Assembly (NCBI GenBank): GCA_963775425.1
Contig: CAVZJB010000008.1
Location: 224,001 to 288,000 of the forward strand
Reading direction: 5' to 3'
Source of the DNA: an uncultured delta proteobacterium
GTDB taxonomy: Bacteria > Myxococcota > UBA727 > VGSZ01
Length of the DNA stretch: 64,000 bases
The notes under the pieces are model-generated. The model saw nothing but the letters and a program-made list of their open reading frames with translations. It did no database searches and had not been told where the DNA came from. A program made the position numbers and the translations under genes. Below are positions 50,819 to 60,736 of the stretch, piece by piece. The number at the start of each line of letters is the position of its first letter. Position 1 is the stretch's first letter.

Positions 50819-52018
50819 TCATGCGTCGTACACGCGGCCGCGCCAGGCGATGCGGCGGCGCAGGCTCGCGCGCACGAGGACGACGGCGACGCCGGCGTAC
50901 ACCACGGGCAACACGAGCGCGGGCCACACGGGCGCGCCGGCGGTCCTGCGCACGAGCGCCTGCAGCCCCATGGTGACGACGGCGACGACGCAGGCGGCGA
51001 GCGCGAGCGGATCGGGGCTCGCCACGGCGATGCCCGCGACGAGCCACGGCACGAGGGAGGTGGCGAAGGCGAAGACGCCGACGACGCCGGCGGTCCGCCC
51101 GAGCAGCGCCGTGGCGTTCTTGCCGAAGCCGTCCGACAGCTCGGCGAACGAGGCGTACATCCTCGTCGACGCCCACGGGCGCAGGTCGGCGAGGCGGACG
51201 CGCTTGCCGCGCGACTTGAGCGCGCGCGCGAGGGCGACGTCCTCGAGGACGGTGCCGGACACCGCCGCCCAGCCGCCGGCGTCGTCGAGGGCGGCGGTTT
51301 TCACGAGGACGAGCTGGCCGTTCAGGAACGCGGTGGGGTCGACGTCGTCGTGGACGCGGCTCGGCGCGAAGCGCCCGGTGACCACGGAGATCAGCGCCGG
51401 CACGAACATCTGCTCGACGGCGCTCTCGCAGACGATGCGCGGCACGCCCGAGAGCGCGTCGGCGCCGCTTCGGTCCATCGCGCCGTTGAGCGCGGCGAGG
51501 GCGCCGGGCGCGAGCACGACGTCGGCGTCGAGGAAGAGCACGCGCTCCGGAAGCGTGCCGCCCTCGGCGGCGGCGCGGGCGCGGGCGTCGTCGACGGCGG
51601 CCTGCAGCGCGCGCGGCTTGCCGAACACCCCCGGGGGCGGCTCGTCCTCGAGGCGCAGCAGCCGCAGGCGTCCGGCGGCCTGGGCGGCGAGGGCCTCGAC
51701 GACGGCGGCGGTGTCGTCGGTGGAGCGATCGTCGACGACGACGATCGCGGCGGGCGCGCTGTCGTCGGCGAGCAAAGCGCGGAGCGTGGGCCCGATGCGC
51801 GCGCCCTCGTTGCGCGCGGGGACGACGACGAGCAATCCCTCGGCTGCGCCGCCGGCTCGCTCGGCGAGCGGAGGGAGCTGCCGCGCGGGGGCGACCGGCG
51901 TCACAGGGCTCCCGGGGGCCACGCGCCACAACGCCGCGAGCTCCCGGCGGGCGACGACGAGCGCGCTGGCGACGAACGCCAGCGACAGCGCGGCGAGGGC
52001 GAGGGCGACGGCGCTCAC
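50819..52018 (-). CDS. family 2 glycosyltransferase (CrtQ/HpnB-like membrane GT)
   Basis: VVVPARNE, VVDDRSTDDT, GKPRAL, LFLDAD, NGQ, GGW, LEDVALAR, RMY, C-terminal TMs and WRGR. Confidence 0.88.
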   Translation of the reverse strand: MSAVALALAALSLAFVASALVVARRELAALWRVAPGSPVTPVAPARQLPPLAERAGGAAEGLLVVVPARNEGARIGPTLRALLADDSAPAAIVVVDDRSTDDTAAVVEALAAQAAGRLRLLRLEDEPPPGVFGKPRALQAAVDDARARAAAEGGTLPERVLFLDADVVLAPGALAALNGAMDRSGADALSGVPRIVCESAVEQMFVPALISVVTGRFAPSRVHDDVDPTAFLNGQLVLVKTAALDDAGGWAAVSGTVLEDVALARALKSRGKRVRLADLRPWASTRMYASFAELSDGFGKNATALLGRTAGVVGVFAFATSLVPWLVAGIAVASPDPLALAACVVAVVTMGLQALVRRTAGAPVWPALVLPVVYAGVAVVLVRASLRRRIAWRGRVYDA

Positions 52019-52061
52019 CCGGGCAGGCTAGCGCGCGCGCCCGCGCTCGGGCGCCCGCCCG

Positions 52062-52108
52062 GCGGGGGACGAGCTGATCGGCGCGGCCGCTCCCTCCGGT
52101 CGCTGATC
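52062..52108. repeat. chimeric family A / family B repeat in a divergent intergenic region
   Basis: gcgggggacgagc (half of REP A) fused to tgatc-ggcgcg-gccgctccctccggtcgctgatc (family B). Confidence 0.6.
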
Positions 52109-52178
52109 GCAGGCACGCGTGAGGACGGCGCCAAAAGCGCGCTTTCTCGACCCAGACGCCGGTGCTAATGCCGTCGTC

Positions 52179-53306
52179 ATGTCGCGCGCGGCCGTCGCCC
52201 TTCTCCCCGTCCCCGTCGCCGCCGCTGTCGTGGCGTTCGCGGCCGGGTGCGCGGCGGACTTCCTGCCCGCGTCCGTGGTCATCAACCAGCGCGTCATCGC
52301 CGTCACGGCGGAGCCGCCGGAGGCGGTGCCCGGGCAGCAGGTCACGCTCACCCCCACCGTCGTCTCGCCCGACGGCGACCTCGCCGCTGGCGCCGGCTAC
52401 GAGGCCACCTGGTGGCGCTGTCCGGACTCCGACAGCGACGCCCTGGGCGACTACGACCAGTGCACCAACCCCGCCGACAGAAAAGACATCGCGAGCGGCG
52501 CCCCCTACGTCGACACCGTCCCCGCAGACGTCTTCGGCCCGCTGCCGGACCCGAACGCCGCGCCGGACCCGTCGCAGACCGACCCGCTGCCGTCGGACAA
52601 GCTCCTCGGCGCCATCCTCGGCTACTGGCGCGTCGTCGGCTTCAACATGAGCGCCGCCGCCGGCGACGGCAAGCGCTCGGTGGACGCGTTCAAGCGCATC
52701 CCCGTGTACCTGCCCGTGCGCCTCGGCGACGTCGATGAGCGGCTGGCCGCGCTCGACTCCCACGTCGACGAAAACGGCGACGTCCTGCCGCCCAACCAGA
52801 ACCCCACCGTGTCCGCGGTGCTCATCCACGAGGACAAGGTCGACGGCCCCACCAAGACCGAGCTGACCCACGGCAAGACGTACTTCTTCACGCCCGTCTT
52901 CGACGACGCCACCCTGGAGGACTACATCTCCCTCAAGGTCGACCTGTCGGGGCTCGACCTCTCGGACCCGGCGTCGCTCCAGGCCATCCCCGTCGACGAC
53001 ATGATCAAGCGCTTCCAGAAGGTGCAGCGCTGCGAGATCCCCACGTTCACGTGGTTCGTCACCCACGGGCGCGTCCGCCGGGACACCACGCTCGACGAGG
53101 GCGTCGTCAAGCGCGTGTTCGACGCGCGGGGCGTCGACTGTCCGCCCATCGAGGGCGATCCGCGCGCGCCCGAGGTGGAGTACACGCCGCCCACCGGCGC
53201 CGACGGCGACCCGCTGCCCGCCGACGGCGTGGTCCACGGCTGGGTGGTCATGCGCGACGGCCGCGGCGGCACCGCGGTGCGCTCCTTCGACTTCTCGGTG
53301 CAGTGA
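52179..53306 (+). CDS. hypothetical lipoprotein (myxobacterial type)
   Basis: Lipobox FAAGC; RVIAVTAEPPEAVPG, NQNP, WFVT.G, WVVMRDGRGG. Confidence 0.75.
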   Translation: MSRAAVALLPVPVAAAVVAFAAGCAADFLPASVVINQRVIAVTAEPPEAVPGQQVTLTPTVVSPDGDLAAGAGYEATWWRCPDSDSDALGDYDQCTNPADRKDIASGAPYVDTVPADVFGPLPDPNAAPDPSQTDPLPSDKLLGAILGYWRVVGFNMSAAAGDGKRSVDAFKRIPVYLPVRLGDVDERLAALDSHVDENGDVLPPNQNPTVSAVLIHEDKVDGPTKTELTHGKTYFFTPVFDDATLEDYISLKVDLSGLDLSDPASLQAIPVDDMIKRFQKVQRCEIPTFTWFVTHGRVRRDTTLDEGVVKRVFDARGVDCPPIEGDPRAPEVEYTPPTGADGDPLPADGVVHGWVVMRDGRGGTAVRSFDFSVQ

Positions 53307-54622
53307 TGGCCACGAAGGTGCTCGTCGTCGGCGCGGGAGCGCGTGAGCACGCCCTCGCCTGGCGGCTCGCCCGCGGCGCCGGCGACGCCGCCCTCGCCGA
53401 CCGCGAGATCATCGTCGCGCCCGGCAACGCCGGCATCGCCCGCGAATTCCGCTGCGTGTCGACGTCGCTCGCGCCGGCGGCGCTCGTGAAGGTCGCGCGC
53501 GACGTCGGCGCGGACCTCGTCGTGGTGGGGCCCGAGCAGCCGCTCGTGGACGGCGTCGCCGACGCGCTCGCCGCCGCGAAGATCCCCTGCTTCGGCCCGT
53601 CGCGCGAGGCCGCGCGGCTCGAGGGCAGCAAGGCCTTCATGAAGGCCGTGTGCGTGCGCGCGGGCGTGAGCACGGCGTCGTCGGTGGCGACGGCGCAGCT
53701 CGACGACGCCCGCCGCTTCATCGACGAGCGCGCGCGCAGCGGCCGCGGCGTCGTGGTGAAGGCCGACGGCCTGTGCGCGGGCAAGGGCGTGGTGGTGTGC
53801 AAGACCGCCAAGGAGGCCGTGGAGGTCGCCCACGACATGCTCGGCGACGACGCCCGGCCGCCGCGCTTCGGCGACGCCAGCCGCAACATCGTCGTCGAGG
53901 ACGTCCTGGGCGGCCAGGAGCTGAGCGTGTTCGGTCTGTGCGACGGCCACGACGCGCTGCTGTTCGGCGCGGCCCGTGATCACAAGCGCCTCAAGGACGG
54001 CGACGAGGGCCCGAACACCGGCGGCATGGGCGCCGTGGCGCCGCTCGACGAGCGCCACGGGGTGTCGGCGGAGCTGTACGACAAGATCCGGCGGCGCGTG
54101 TTCCTCCCCGTCCTCGACGAGATGCGCGCGCGCAACGCGCCCGTGCGCGGCCTCCTGTTCGCCGGGCTGATGGTGCACGACGACGAGCCGCGCGTGCTCG
54201 AGTTCAACGTGCGCTTCGGCGACCCGGAGACCGAGGCGCTCGTGATGGCGACGCCCGTGGACCTGCTGCCGCTCCTGCGCGCCTGCGCGGCCGGCGAGCG
54301 CCTGCCGCGCGTGGACCTGCGGGAGACGGCGCAGAAGGCCGCCGTCGTCGTCGTGGCGGCCGCGGGCTACCCGGAGGCGCCGGTGAAGGGCGCGGCCATC
54401 GAGGGGCTCGCCGCCGCCGACGCCCTCGCGGGCGTGAAGGTGTTCTGCGCCGGCGTCGCGAGGGACGGCGACCGGCTCGTGGCGGGCGGCGGCCGCGTGC
54501 TCGCCGTCGCGGGCCGCGGGGCCACCTTCGACGACGCCATCGGCCGCGCCTACGCCGGCGTCGACGCCATCCACATGACCGGCGCGCAGGTGCGGCGAGA
54601 CATCGGCGCTTCCGTTCGTTGA
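53306..54622 (+). CDS. purD: phosphoribosylamine--glycine ligase
   Basis: KVLVVGAGAREHALAW, APGNAG, VVVGPEQPL, LEGSK, VVKADGLCAGKGV, DHKRL.DGD.GPNTGGMG, EFNVRFGDPE, GGRVL. Confidence 0.96.
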   Translation: MATKVLVVGAGAREHALAWRLARGAGDAALADREIIVAPGNAGIAREFRCVSTSLAPAALVKVARDVGADLVVVGPEQPLVDGVADALAAAKIPCFGPSREAARLEGSKAFMKAVCVRAGVSTASSVATAQLDDARRFIDERARSGRGVVVKADGLCAGKGVVVCKTAKEAVEVAHDMLGDDARPPRFGDASRNIVVEDVLGGQELSVFGLCDGHDALLFGAARDHKRLKDGDEGPNTGGMGAVAPLDERHGVSAELYDKIRRRVFLPVLDEMRARNAPVRGLLFAGLMVHDDEPRVLEFNVRFGDPETEALVMATPVDLLPLLRACAAGERLPRVDLRETAQKAAVVVVAAAGYPEAPVKGAAIEGLAAADALAGVKVFCAGVARDGDRLVAGGGRVLAVAGRGATFDDAIGRAYAGVDAIHMTGAQVRRDIGASVR

Positions 54623-54642
54623 TCCACCTTGAGGAGGGGCAG

Positions 54643-55146
54643 ATGCCGTCCATGGACATCGTGTCGAAGCCGAACTTGCACGAGGTGCAAAACGCGCTCG
54701 ACCAGGCGCAAAAGGAGCTGAAGACCCGCTGGGACTTCAAGGGCACCGACGCGTCGGTGACCGAGGTCGAGGGTGGGTTCAAGCTCGAGGCCAACACCGA
54801 GGAAAAGGTGAAGCAGGTCGCGGACGTCCTCGAGGACAAGTTCGTGAAGCGCAAGCTCTCCGTGAAATTCCTCGACCGGCAGGATCCGCAGCCGTCGGGG
54901 GCGCGCTACACCATGACGGTGGCGCTGAAGAAGTCGCTCGACACCGACAACGCCAAGAAGATCGTGGCGATGATCAAAGAGAACAAGCAGTGGAAGGTGA
55001 CGTCGTCCATCCAGGGCGACAAGAAGACCGGCGAGAGCAAGGTGCGCGTCGAGGGCAAGAGCATCGACGACCTGCAAGCCGTCCAGCAATTCCTCCGCGG
55101 GAAGGACCTCTCCGTCGCGCTCTCCTTCGAGAACTACCAGCGGTGA
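54643..55146 (+). CDS. yajQ: YajQ-family cyclic di-GMP-binding protein
   Basis: GAGGAG RBS; MPSMDIVS, EVQNALDQA.KE..TR.DFKG, IQGD, VRV.GKS.DDLQ, FENY. Confidence 0.92.
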   Translation: MPSMDIVSKPNLHEVQNALDQAQKELKTRWDFKGTDASVTEVEGGFKLEANTEEKVKQVADVLEDKFVKRKLSVKFLDRQDPQPSGARYTMTVALKKSLDTDNAKKIVAMIKENKQWKVTSSIQGDKKTGESKVRVEGKSIDDLQAVQQFLRGKDLSVALSFENYQR

Positions 55147-55244
55147 GGGGCGCCCCGGGGCGTTCGATGCCGTAGCGATGTACGCCGGGACACTCGATCC
55201 CGGTCACTGACGCCGGCTTCGGTTCTTCGGTACGGTGCGGGCCG

Positions 55245-56744
55245 GTGCTCTTCAACTCCTACGCGTTCCTGTTCGGCTTCCTGCCGATCGCCGTGGTCGC
55301 GTTCTTCACCCTCGGGCGCCTGCGCGCCGGGCGGGTGGCACTGCCGGCGCTCGTGCTGGCGTCGCTGGCGTTCTACGCGTACTGGGACTGGCGCAACCTC
55401 TTCATCCTCGCGCCGTCGCTGCTCGTCAACTTCGCCGTCGGCCGCTGGCTGACGCGCACGCACCTGCAGGGCGGCAAGGACGCCGACCCCGCCGTCGGCG
55501 GTCGCAAGATCGTCCTCGTCTGCGGGCTCATCTTCAACCTCGCGCTGCTCGGGTGCTTCAAGTACCTCGACTTCACCATCAACACCGTCGACTTCATCGG
55601 CGGACCTTTCGGGCTGCGCATCCCGCTGCAGCACCTGGTGTTGCCGCTCGGCATCTCGTTTTTCTCGTTCGAGCAGATCGCCTACGTCGTCGACGCCTAC
55701 CGTGGCCAACCCCGCCAGTACGGCTTCGTCGAGTACTGCGTGTTCGTCACGTTCTTCCCGCACCTCATCGCGGGGCCGATCATCCAGCACAACGAGCTGA
55801 TGGATCAGCTCAAGCCGTCGCTGTCCAAGCCGCGCGCGGAGAACGTCGCGCTCGGCATCTTCATCCTCGTCGTCGGCCTCTTCAAGAAGGTGGTCATCGC
55901 CGACTGGTGCATGCGCGTGGTGCCGGGCGTCTATGACCACGGGCCGCAGGCGATGACGGCGGTAGAGGCGTGGATCGGCACCATCGGCTACTCGCTGCAG
56001 CTCTACTTCGACTTCTCCGGATACAGCGACATGGCCATCGGCCTCGCGCGCATCTTCAACATCAAGCTCCCGCAGAACTTCAACTCGCCCTACAAGGCGC
56101 ACAACCCCATCGAGTTCTGGCGTCGCTGGCACATGACGCTCTCGCGCTTCCTGCGGACCTATCTCTACATCCCGCTCGGCGGCAACCGCGGCACCCAGAC
56201 GCGCCGCTACGTGAACCTCATGCTCACCATGCTCCTCGGCGGGCTCTGGCACGGCGCGGGGTGGGGCTTCGTCATCTGGGGCGGCCTCAACGGCGTGTAC
56301 CTCGTCGCCAACAACCTGTTTCGCAAGTGGCGCAAGGCGCCCAAGGGCAACAACCCCGAGGGGCCGTGGTGGGTGATCGAGATCTCGGCCGCCGCCACGT
56401 TCTTCTTCATCATGCTGTCGCGCGTGTTCTTCCGTTCGCCGACGTTCACCACGGCGGGCTCGGTGTTCCTCGACCTCTTCGGCATGCACGGCGTCGGCCT
56501 CGATCAGCTCGCCGCCAACGCCGCCGTCCTCTTCGCCTTCGCCGCCCTCTACGTCTTCTGCCGCCACGCGCCCAACACGCAGCAGGTGCTCACCGAGCTC
56601 GAGCCCGTCTACGGCAAGGTGGAGCGGCCGTCGCGCATGCAGCTCAAGCTCAACCATTGGGTGGCCGTGGGCGTCGCCGGCATGGCCCTCGTGTCGATCA
56701 TGAAGCTCACGCAGGTGAGCGAGTTCCTCTACTTTCAGTTCTGA
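55245..56744 (+). CDS. MBOAT O-acyltransferase (AlgI/PatA/DltB-like)
   Basis: MLFNS, LPLGISFF, FFPHLIAGPI, QLYFDFSGYSDMAIG, NFNSPY, FWRRWHMTLS, GLWHGA, FLYFQF. Confidence 0.93.
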   Translation: MLFNSYAFLFGFLPIAVVAFFTLGRLRAGRVALPALVLASLAFYAYWDWRNLFILAPSLLVNFAVGRWLTRTHLQGGKDADPAVGGRKIVLVCGLIFNLALLGCFKYLDFTINTVDFIGGPFGLRIPLQHLVLPLGISFFSFEQIAYVVDAYRGQPRQYGFVEYCVFVTFFPHLIAGPIIQHNELMDQLKPSLSKPRAENVALGIFILVVGLFKKVVIADWCMRVVPGVYDHGPQAMTAVEAWIGTIGYSLQLYFDFSGYSDMAIGLARIFNIKLPQNFNSPYKAHNPIEFWRRWHMTLSRFLRTYLYIPLGGNRGTQTRRYVNLMLTMLLGGLWHGAGWGFVIWGGLNGVYLVANNLFRKWRKAPKGNNPEGPWWVIEISAAATFFFIMLSRVFFRSPTFTTAGSVFLDLFGMHGVGLDQLAANAAVLFAFAALYVFCRHAPNTQQVLTELEPVYGKVERPSRMQLKLNHWVAVGVAGMALVSIMKLTQVSEFLYFQF

Positions 56745-57170
56745 GCGGCGTTACGACATTCACGGCGGGACGGCGCTCGTCGCTGACGACGACGTCGTGC
56801 CCCGCCGCGAATGTCTACGGCGCGCGCCTTCGCCGCCTTTCCCGCAGCGGGGCGACGGCCCGCGCCGTCGTCGCCGCTGTTGGGCGCCCCCCTGTGGGGC
56901 GCGTCGGAGGGCACCGGCATCGTCCACGGCGCCGGGTCCCTCCGACGCGGCCGCCTACGGTCGTCGACGCAGCATGCGCGGGTTTGTCGCCGCCGACGTC
57001 GCGCCCCGCGATGCGGTCGTCGACGCAGCCGGCGCCGCGCATGGCACGGCGCCGGGTTTGTCGCCGACGACGCCGGCCGGCCGCCGCGGCGATGCGGTCG
57101 TCGACGCAGCCGACGCCGCGCATGGCACGGCGCCGGGTTTGTCGCCGCCGACGACGTCGCGCCCCGCAGT
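56745..57170. repeat. composite intergenic repeat homologous to 26696-26990, with a degenerate REPIN (56879-56958) and 59-bp direct repeats (57008-57066, 57089-57147)
   Basis: gcggcgttacgac...gtcgctgacgacgacgt...gccccgccgcga.tgtctacg.cgcgcgccttcg shared with the 26.7-kb locus; gcgatgcggtcgtcgacgcagccg.cgccgcgcatggcacggcgccgggtttgtcgccg occurs twice. Confidence 0.75.
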
Positions 57171-57272
57171 GACCCTCGGCGAAACGACGGGGTGCCTGAC
57201 GGCGATGTCCCCGGGGAAGCAACGGTGCCCCGAACGCGTTGCGCTCGCCGCCGCCAGGAGTAGGTTTCGCCG

Positions 57273-57689
57273 ATGCTGAAGAGCCTGCTCGAGAAGTACG
57301 GCAACGACGTCGCCCTCTTGATGCTGCGCGTGGGGTTCGGCGGCTTCCTCGCCGTGAACCACGGCTGGACCAAGCTGATGACGTGGGGCCCCAAGCACCC
57401 CACGTTCGCCGATCCCCTCGGCGTGGGGCACCCGACGAGCATGGCGCTGGCCATCTTCGGCGAGCTCGTGTGCAGCATGCTCATCGTGCTCGGCCTGGGC
57501 ACGCGGGTGGCGGCGGTGCCGGCGCTCATCACCATGCTGGTGGCCGCGCTCGGCGTGCACAAGGACTCGGTGTTCGGCGACGGCGAGCACGCGCTGTTGT
57601 ACGGGGCGGCGTTCGTCGCGCTCATCCTCGCGGGCGGCGGAAGGTACTCGCTCGACCGCGTCGTCTCCGTGCGCTGGAAGGCCCCGTGA
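57273..57689 (+). CDS. DoxX-family membrane protein
   Basis: LLMLRVGFG...HGWTKL...FADPLGVG...E...LIVLGL.TR...E.ALLY...G.GRYSLD. Confidence 0.9.
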   Translation: MLKSLLEKYGNDVALLMLRVGFGGFLAVNHGWTKLMTWGPKHPTFADPLGVGHPTSMALAIFGELVCSMLIVLGLGTRVAAVPALITMLVAALGVHKDSVFGDGEHALLYGAAFVALILAGGGRYSLDRVVSVRWKAP

Positions 57690-59842
57690 CACCCGGCCGC
57701 GGCGGCTCGCCCGGCACCCGCGTCGGCAGCCCCGTCGTCGTTGCCACCGCCGCCGCGCTCGCCCTCCTCGCCGCCGCCGCCTGCCACAAGTCCCCGCCGG
57801 CGCCGCCCCCGGCCCCCGCGGACGCCGACGACGCGTCGCCGTACATCGCCGACCTCGTCCACCAGGAGGATGCGCTGCGCGCGGCCACCGACTGGGCCGC
57901 GTTCCCGTCGAGCGATCGCACCCTCGGCGCCGACCCCGTCGACGTCGCCGCGCTCCCGGGCGGCGGCTTCGTGGGCGTCCTGCGCGGCGCCGACGCCCTG
58001 GTGCGCCTCGACGACGACGGCCGGGAGCTCGCGCGCGTGCCCGCCCCGCGCGCCCCCCGCGCCGTGGCCGTCGACGGCGACGCCGTCGCGGTGGTGGGCG
58101 AGCTCGACGGGCGCGTCCTGCTCGCGAGCGCCGCTGCCCTCGGCGCACCGGCGGCCGCAGCCCGCGCGGGCGCGCCCCGCTTCGTGGCCGTTGCCGGCGT
58201 ACGGGGCATGCGCGGCGTCGCCCTGGCGCGCGATCGTCATGGCGTGCGCCTGATCTACGTCGTCGACCTCGACGGCAACCTGCTGGTCCTCGACGGTGCG
58301 GGGCGCCGCGTGTGGCCGGGCGACGACAGGGCGGCGCCCGTGAACGTGGGACCGCGGGCGCTGTGGTTGAAGCGCGCCGGGGGCTTCCTCGTGTCGATGT
58401 CCGTGCTCGGCCACCAGCTCGTCGTCGTCCCCGTCGACGAGCGCGGCGTGCCCGACGGCGCGCGCGCGATGCGCGTGGACAACGACGGGCCCTTTTGGGG
58501 CTTCGACGCGCGTGTGGTCGGCGCCTCGCTGCTGGTCGCCGCGGGGCACGTCGAGGACCACCCGCTCGATCGCAGCGGCGGCAGCTTCGGCTACATCGAC
58601 TCGTTCGTGAGCGTGTACCGCTTTCCCGCTGCGGCGGGCGCGAAGGCGGAGCGCCTCGTGCGCCTCAACGCCTCGGCCGCCGGCGTGGTGGTCCCCAAGG
58701 CCCTGGCGTTCCTCGACGACGACACCGTCGTGGCCCTCGGCGCCGGCAGCGGGCGGGGCATGCGCTTCCAGATCGATGGTTCGACGGCTATCGAAGTCAC
58801 TACCGATGACGGCGCGCGCGCCCGCGAGGCGCGCGCGACGACGGCCGTCGCGGCGCTGCCGGGCATCGTCGCCGTCGCGGTCGCCGGCGGTCGCGCGCTC
58901 GCCGCGGATCGGCTGCTCGATGCCTGGGTGGTCCTCCCCCTCGACGGCGGCGCCCCGCGCGCGGTGCCGGTGCCGGCGCCGCCGGGGGCGCCCGCGCGCT
59001 CGACCGCGTCGAAGCTCGGGGAGGCGCTGGCCTTCACCACGCTGATGGCCCCGCGGCAGAAGAGCGACGGGGAGCTGTCGCGCTTCACGTGCGAGACGTG
59101 TCACTTCGAGGGCGGCGGCGACGGCCGCGTGCACTCCACCGGCCGCGGCGACGTGAAGGCCAGCACGCGCTTCATCCAGGGGCTGTTCAACAACAAGCCG
59201 CTGTTCACGCGCGCCCTCGACGAGAACCTCTCCGAGATGGTGCACGCGGAGTTCCGCGTGGCCAACGCCAGGAGCGAGCTCGACCCGTGGTTCGCCGTCA
59301 CGCCCGCCGACGCGCCGTGGCTGTCGCTCCTCGGGGTGCGCGGCAAGGTCGAGCCCGTCGAGCTCCGGCGCGCGCTCGTCTCGTTCTTCCACGACTTCAC
59401 CCCGCGCGAAAACGCCGCCGTCGTCGGCCGCACGGCGTTCACCGCCGAGGAGCGCCGCGGCGCTGAGGTGTTCCGCGCCCGCTGCGCGTCGTGCCACACG
59501 CCCCGGCTCGTCGGCGACGACCCGCGCACCGCCCAGCCCTTCGATCGTTGGGAGCGCCTCATCCTCTCGGACAACGGCCCGCTCGTGTGGTCCGGCGACG
59601 GCCGCAAAAAGACCGGCATCGAGCCCTACGTGCACGAGGACGGCGCGCGGCCGTCGTCCCTGCGGCGGGTCTCGCGCAAGCTCCCGTACTTCACCAACGG
59701 CTCGTCCCGGGCCCTCGCCGACGTCGTCGCCCGCGCGCGCTTCTCGGGTTCAACGTTCATGCATTCATCGAAGCGAAGCGATCTCGCGGCGCTCCCGCCG
59801 GCAGATCAGCGGGCGCTCGTCGCGTTCCTCGAGCTGCTCTGA
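57686..59842 (+). CDS. lipoprotein: beta-propeller + diheme cytochrome c (CcP/MauG-like fold)
   Basis: GTGA overlap with doxX; lipobox AAAAC; CETCH and CASCH heme motifs; RGAEVF, PSSLRRV...PYFTNGS, LVAFLELL. Confidence 0.8.
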   Translation: MTPGRGGSPGTRVGSPVVVATAAALALLAAAACHKSPPAPPPAPADADDASPYIADLVHQEDALRAATDWAAFPSSDRTLGADPVDVAALPGGGFVGVLRGADALVRLDDDGRELARVPAPRAPRAVAVDGDAVAVVGELDGRVLLASAAALGAPAAAARAGAPRFVAVAGVRGMRGVALARDRHGVRLIYVVDLDGNLLVLDGAGRRVWPGDDRAAPVNVGPRALWLKRAGGFLVSMSVLGHQLVVVPVDERGVPDGARAMRVDNDGPFWGFDARVVGASLLVAAGHVEDHPLDRSGGSFGYIDSFVSVYRFPAAAGAKAERLVRLNASAAGVVVPKALAFLDDDTVVALGAGSGRGMRFQIDGSTAIEVTTDDGARAREARATTAVAALPGIVAVAVAGGRALAADRLLDAWVVLPLDGGAPRAVPVPAPPGAPARSTASKLGEALAFTTLMAPRQKSDGELSRFTCETCHFEGGGDGRVHSTGRGDVKASTRFIQGLFNNKPLFTRALDENLSEMVHAEFRVANARSELDPWFAVTPADAPWLSLLGVRGKVEPVELRRALVSFFHDFTPRENAAVVGRTAFTAEERRGAEVFRARCASCHTPRLVGDDPRTAQPFDRWERLILSDNGPLVWSGDGRKKTGIEPYVHEDGARPSSLRRVSRKLPYFTNGSSRALADVVARARFSGSTFMHSSKRSDLAALPPADQRALVAFLELL

Positions 59843-60075
59843 CGGCGCCGTCGAGGACGGTGCTCGGCGAACACCGGCGCTCGACCTGGGCTGCTCCGGC
59901 TGCTCGTGCGCTGGGCAAGCGCGTGCTCGAGGAGGTGACGTCATGAAGGGATCGATGCCTCGTCGCCAAGGTCACGAGCACGTGCATGGTGCTGCGCGGC
60001 GACGACGCACGCGTGCGCTGAGGCAGATCGCGAGGCGCCCTTGTGCGACGAGCGCCGCGTGGCGGATCGTCGGGC

Positions 60076-60684
60076 GTGGACCCGTTCGACCTGGATACGT
60101 GGCCGCCGAAGGCGGTGAAGATCGCGGCCGCGGTGATGGGCGGCCTCGGGCTGTTGATGATGCTGTCGCTGCTCGCGGTTCCCCACATCGGCCCTGTGCC
60201 GGTGCTCGCTATCTTCGGGGCGCTCACCGCCGTCGTCACCATCGCGGACATCGCGTGGGTCGCGCGTGCGTTGCGGCGGCGGCGCGCGCGGCGGCGGCTC
60301 GAGCGCGCCGGCGCCCCGTCGCTGCCGGCGCCGGCGCCGAGCGGCCGTTGCCTCCGTTGCGAGGCGCCGCTCGGCGACGCGCGCGGGTCGTACGACGCGC
60401 GCGCGTGCCCGAGCGGCCACGGCGCGCTCGTGTCACCGCCCGCCAGCGAGCGGCTCCTCGAGGCGCTGCCCGCCGTCGACCTCGACGAGGCGCGCGCGGC
60501 CGGCTCGCGCCGCACCCGCCGCCGGCGCCGCGAGCCGGCGTGCCCGGCGTGCGCCGGCGCGATGCGCGCAGTGCGGCTGCGCGGCGCCGGCGCGCGCGAC
60601 GTCGACGTCGAGCTCTGCGGCGCGTGCGGCGCCATCTGGCTCGACGCGGGAGAGCTCGACGCGCTCCTGCCGGGGAGCTCGTAG
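60076..60684 (+). CDS. membrane protein with two zinc ribbons (zf-TFIIB-like)
   Basis: Two TMs; CLRC...CPSGHG; CPAC...VDVELCGACGAIWLDAGEL; start uncertain. Confidence 0.75.
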   Translation: MDPFDLDTWPPKAVKIAAAVMGGLGLLMMLSLLAVPHIGPVPVLAIFGALTAVVTIADIAWVARALRRRRARRRLERAGAPSLPAPAPSGRCLRCEAPLGDARGSYDARACPSGHGALVSPPASERLLEALPAVDLDEARAAGSRRTRRRRREPACPACAGAMRAVRLRGAGARDVDVELCGACGAIWLDAGELDALLPGSS

Positions 60685-60736
60685 AGCGCCGGCGAGGGGA
60701 GCGCCGTCGCGGGCTCGCGCGGGCGCTGCGTCGTCG

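Noticed and set aside
56958-57170. Direct repeats with intervening sequence as a possible CRISPR array
   Set aside because: Only two full 59-bp copies plus a fragment; the intervening sequences resemble each other; no cas genes or AT-rich leader
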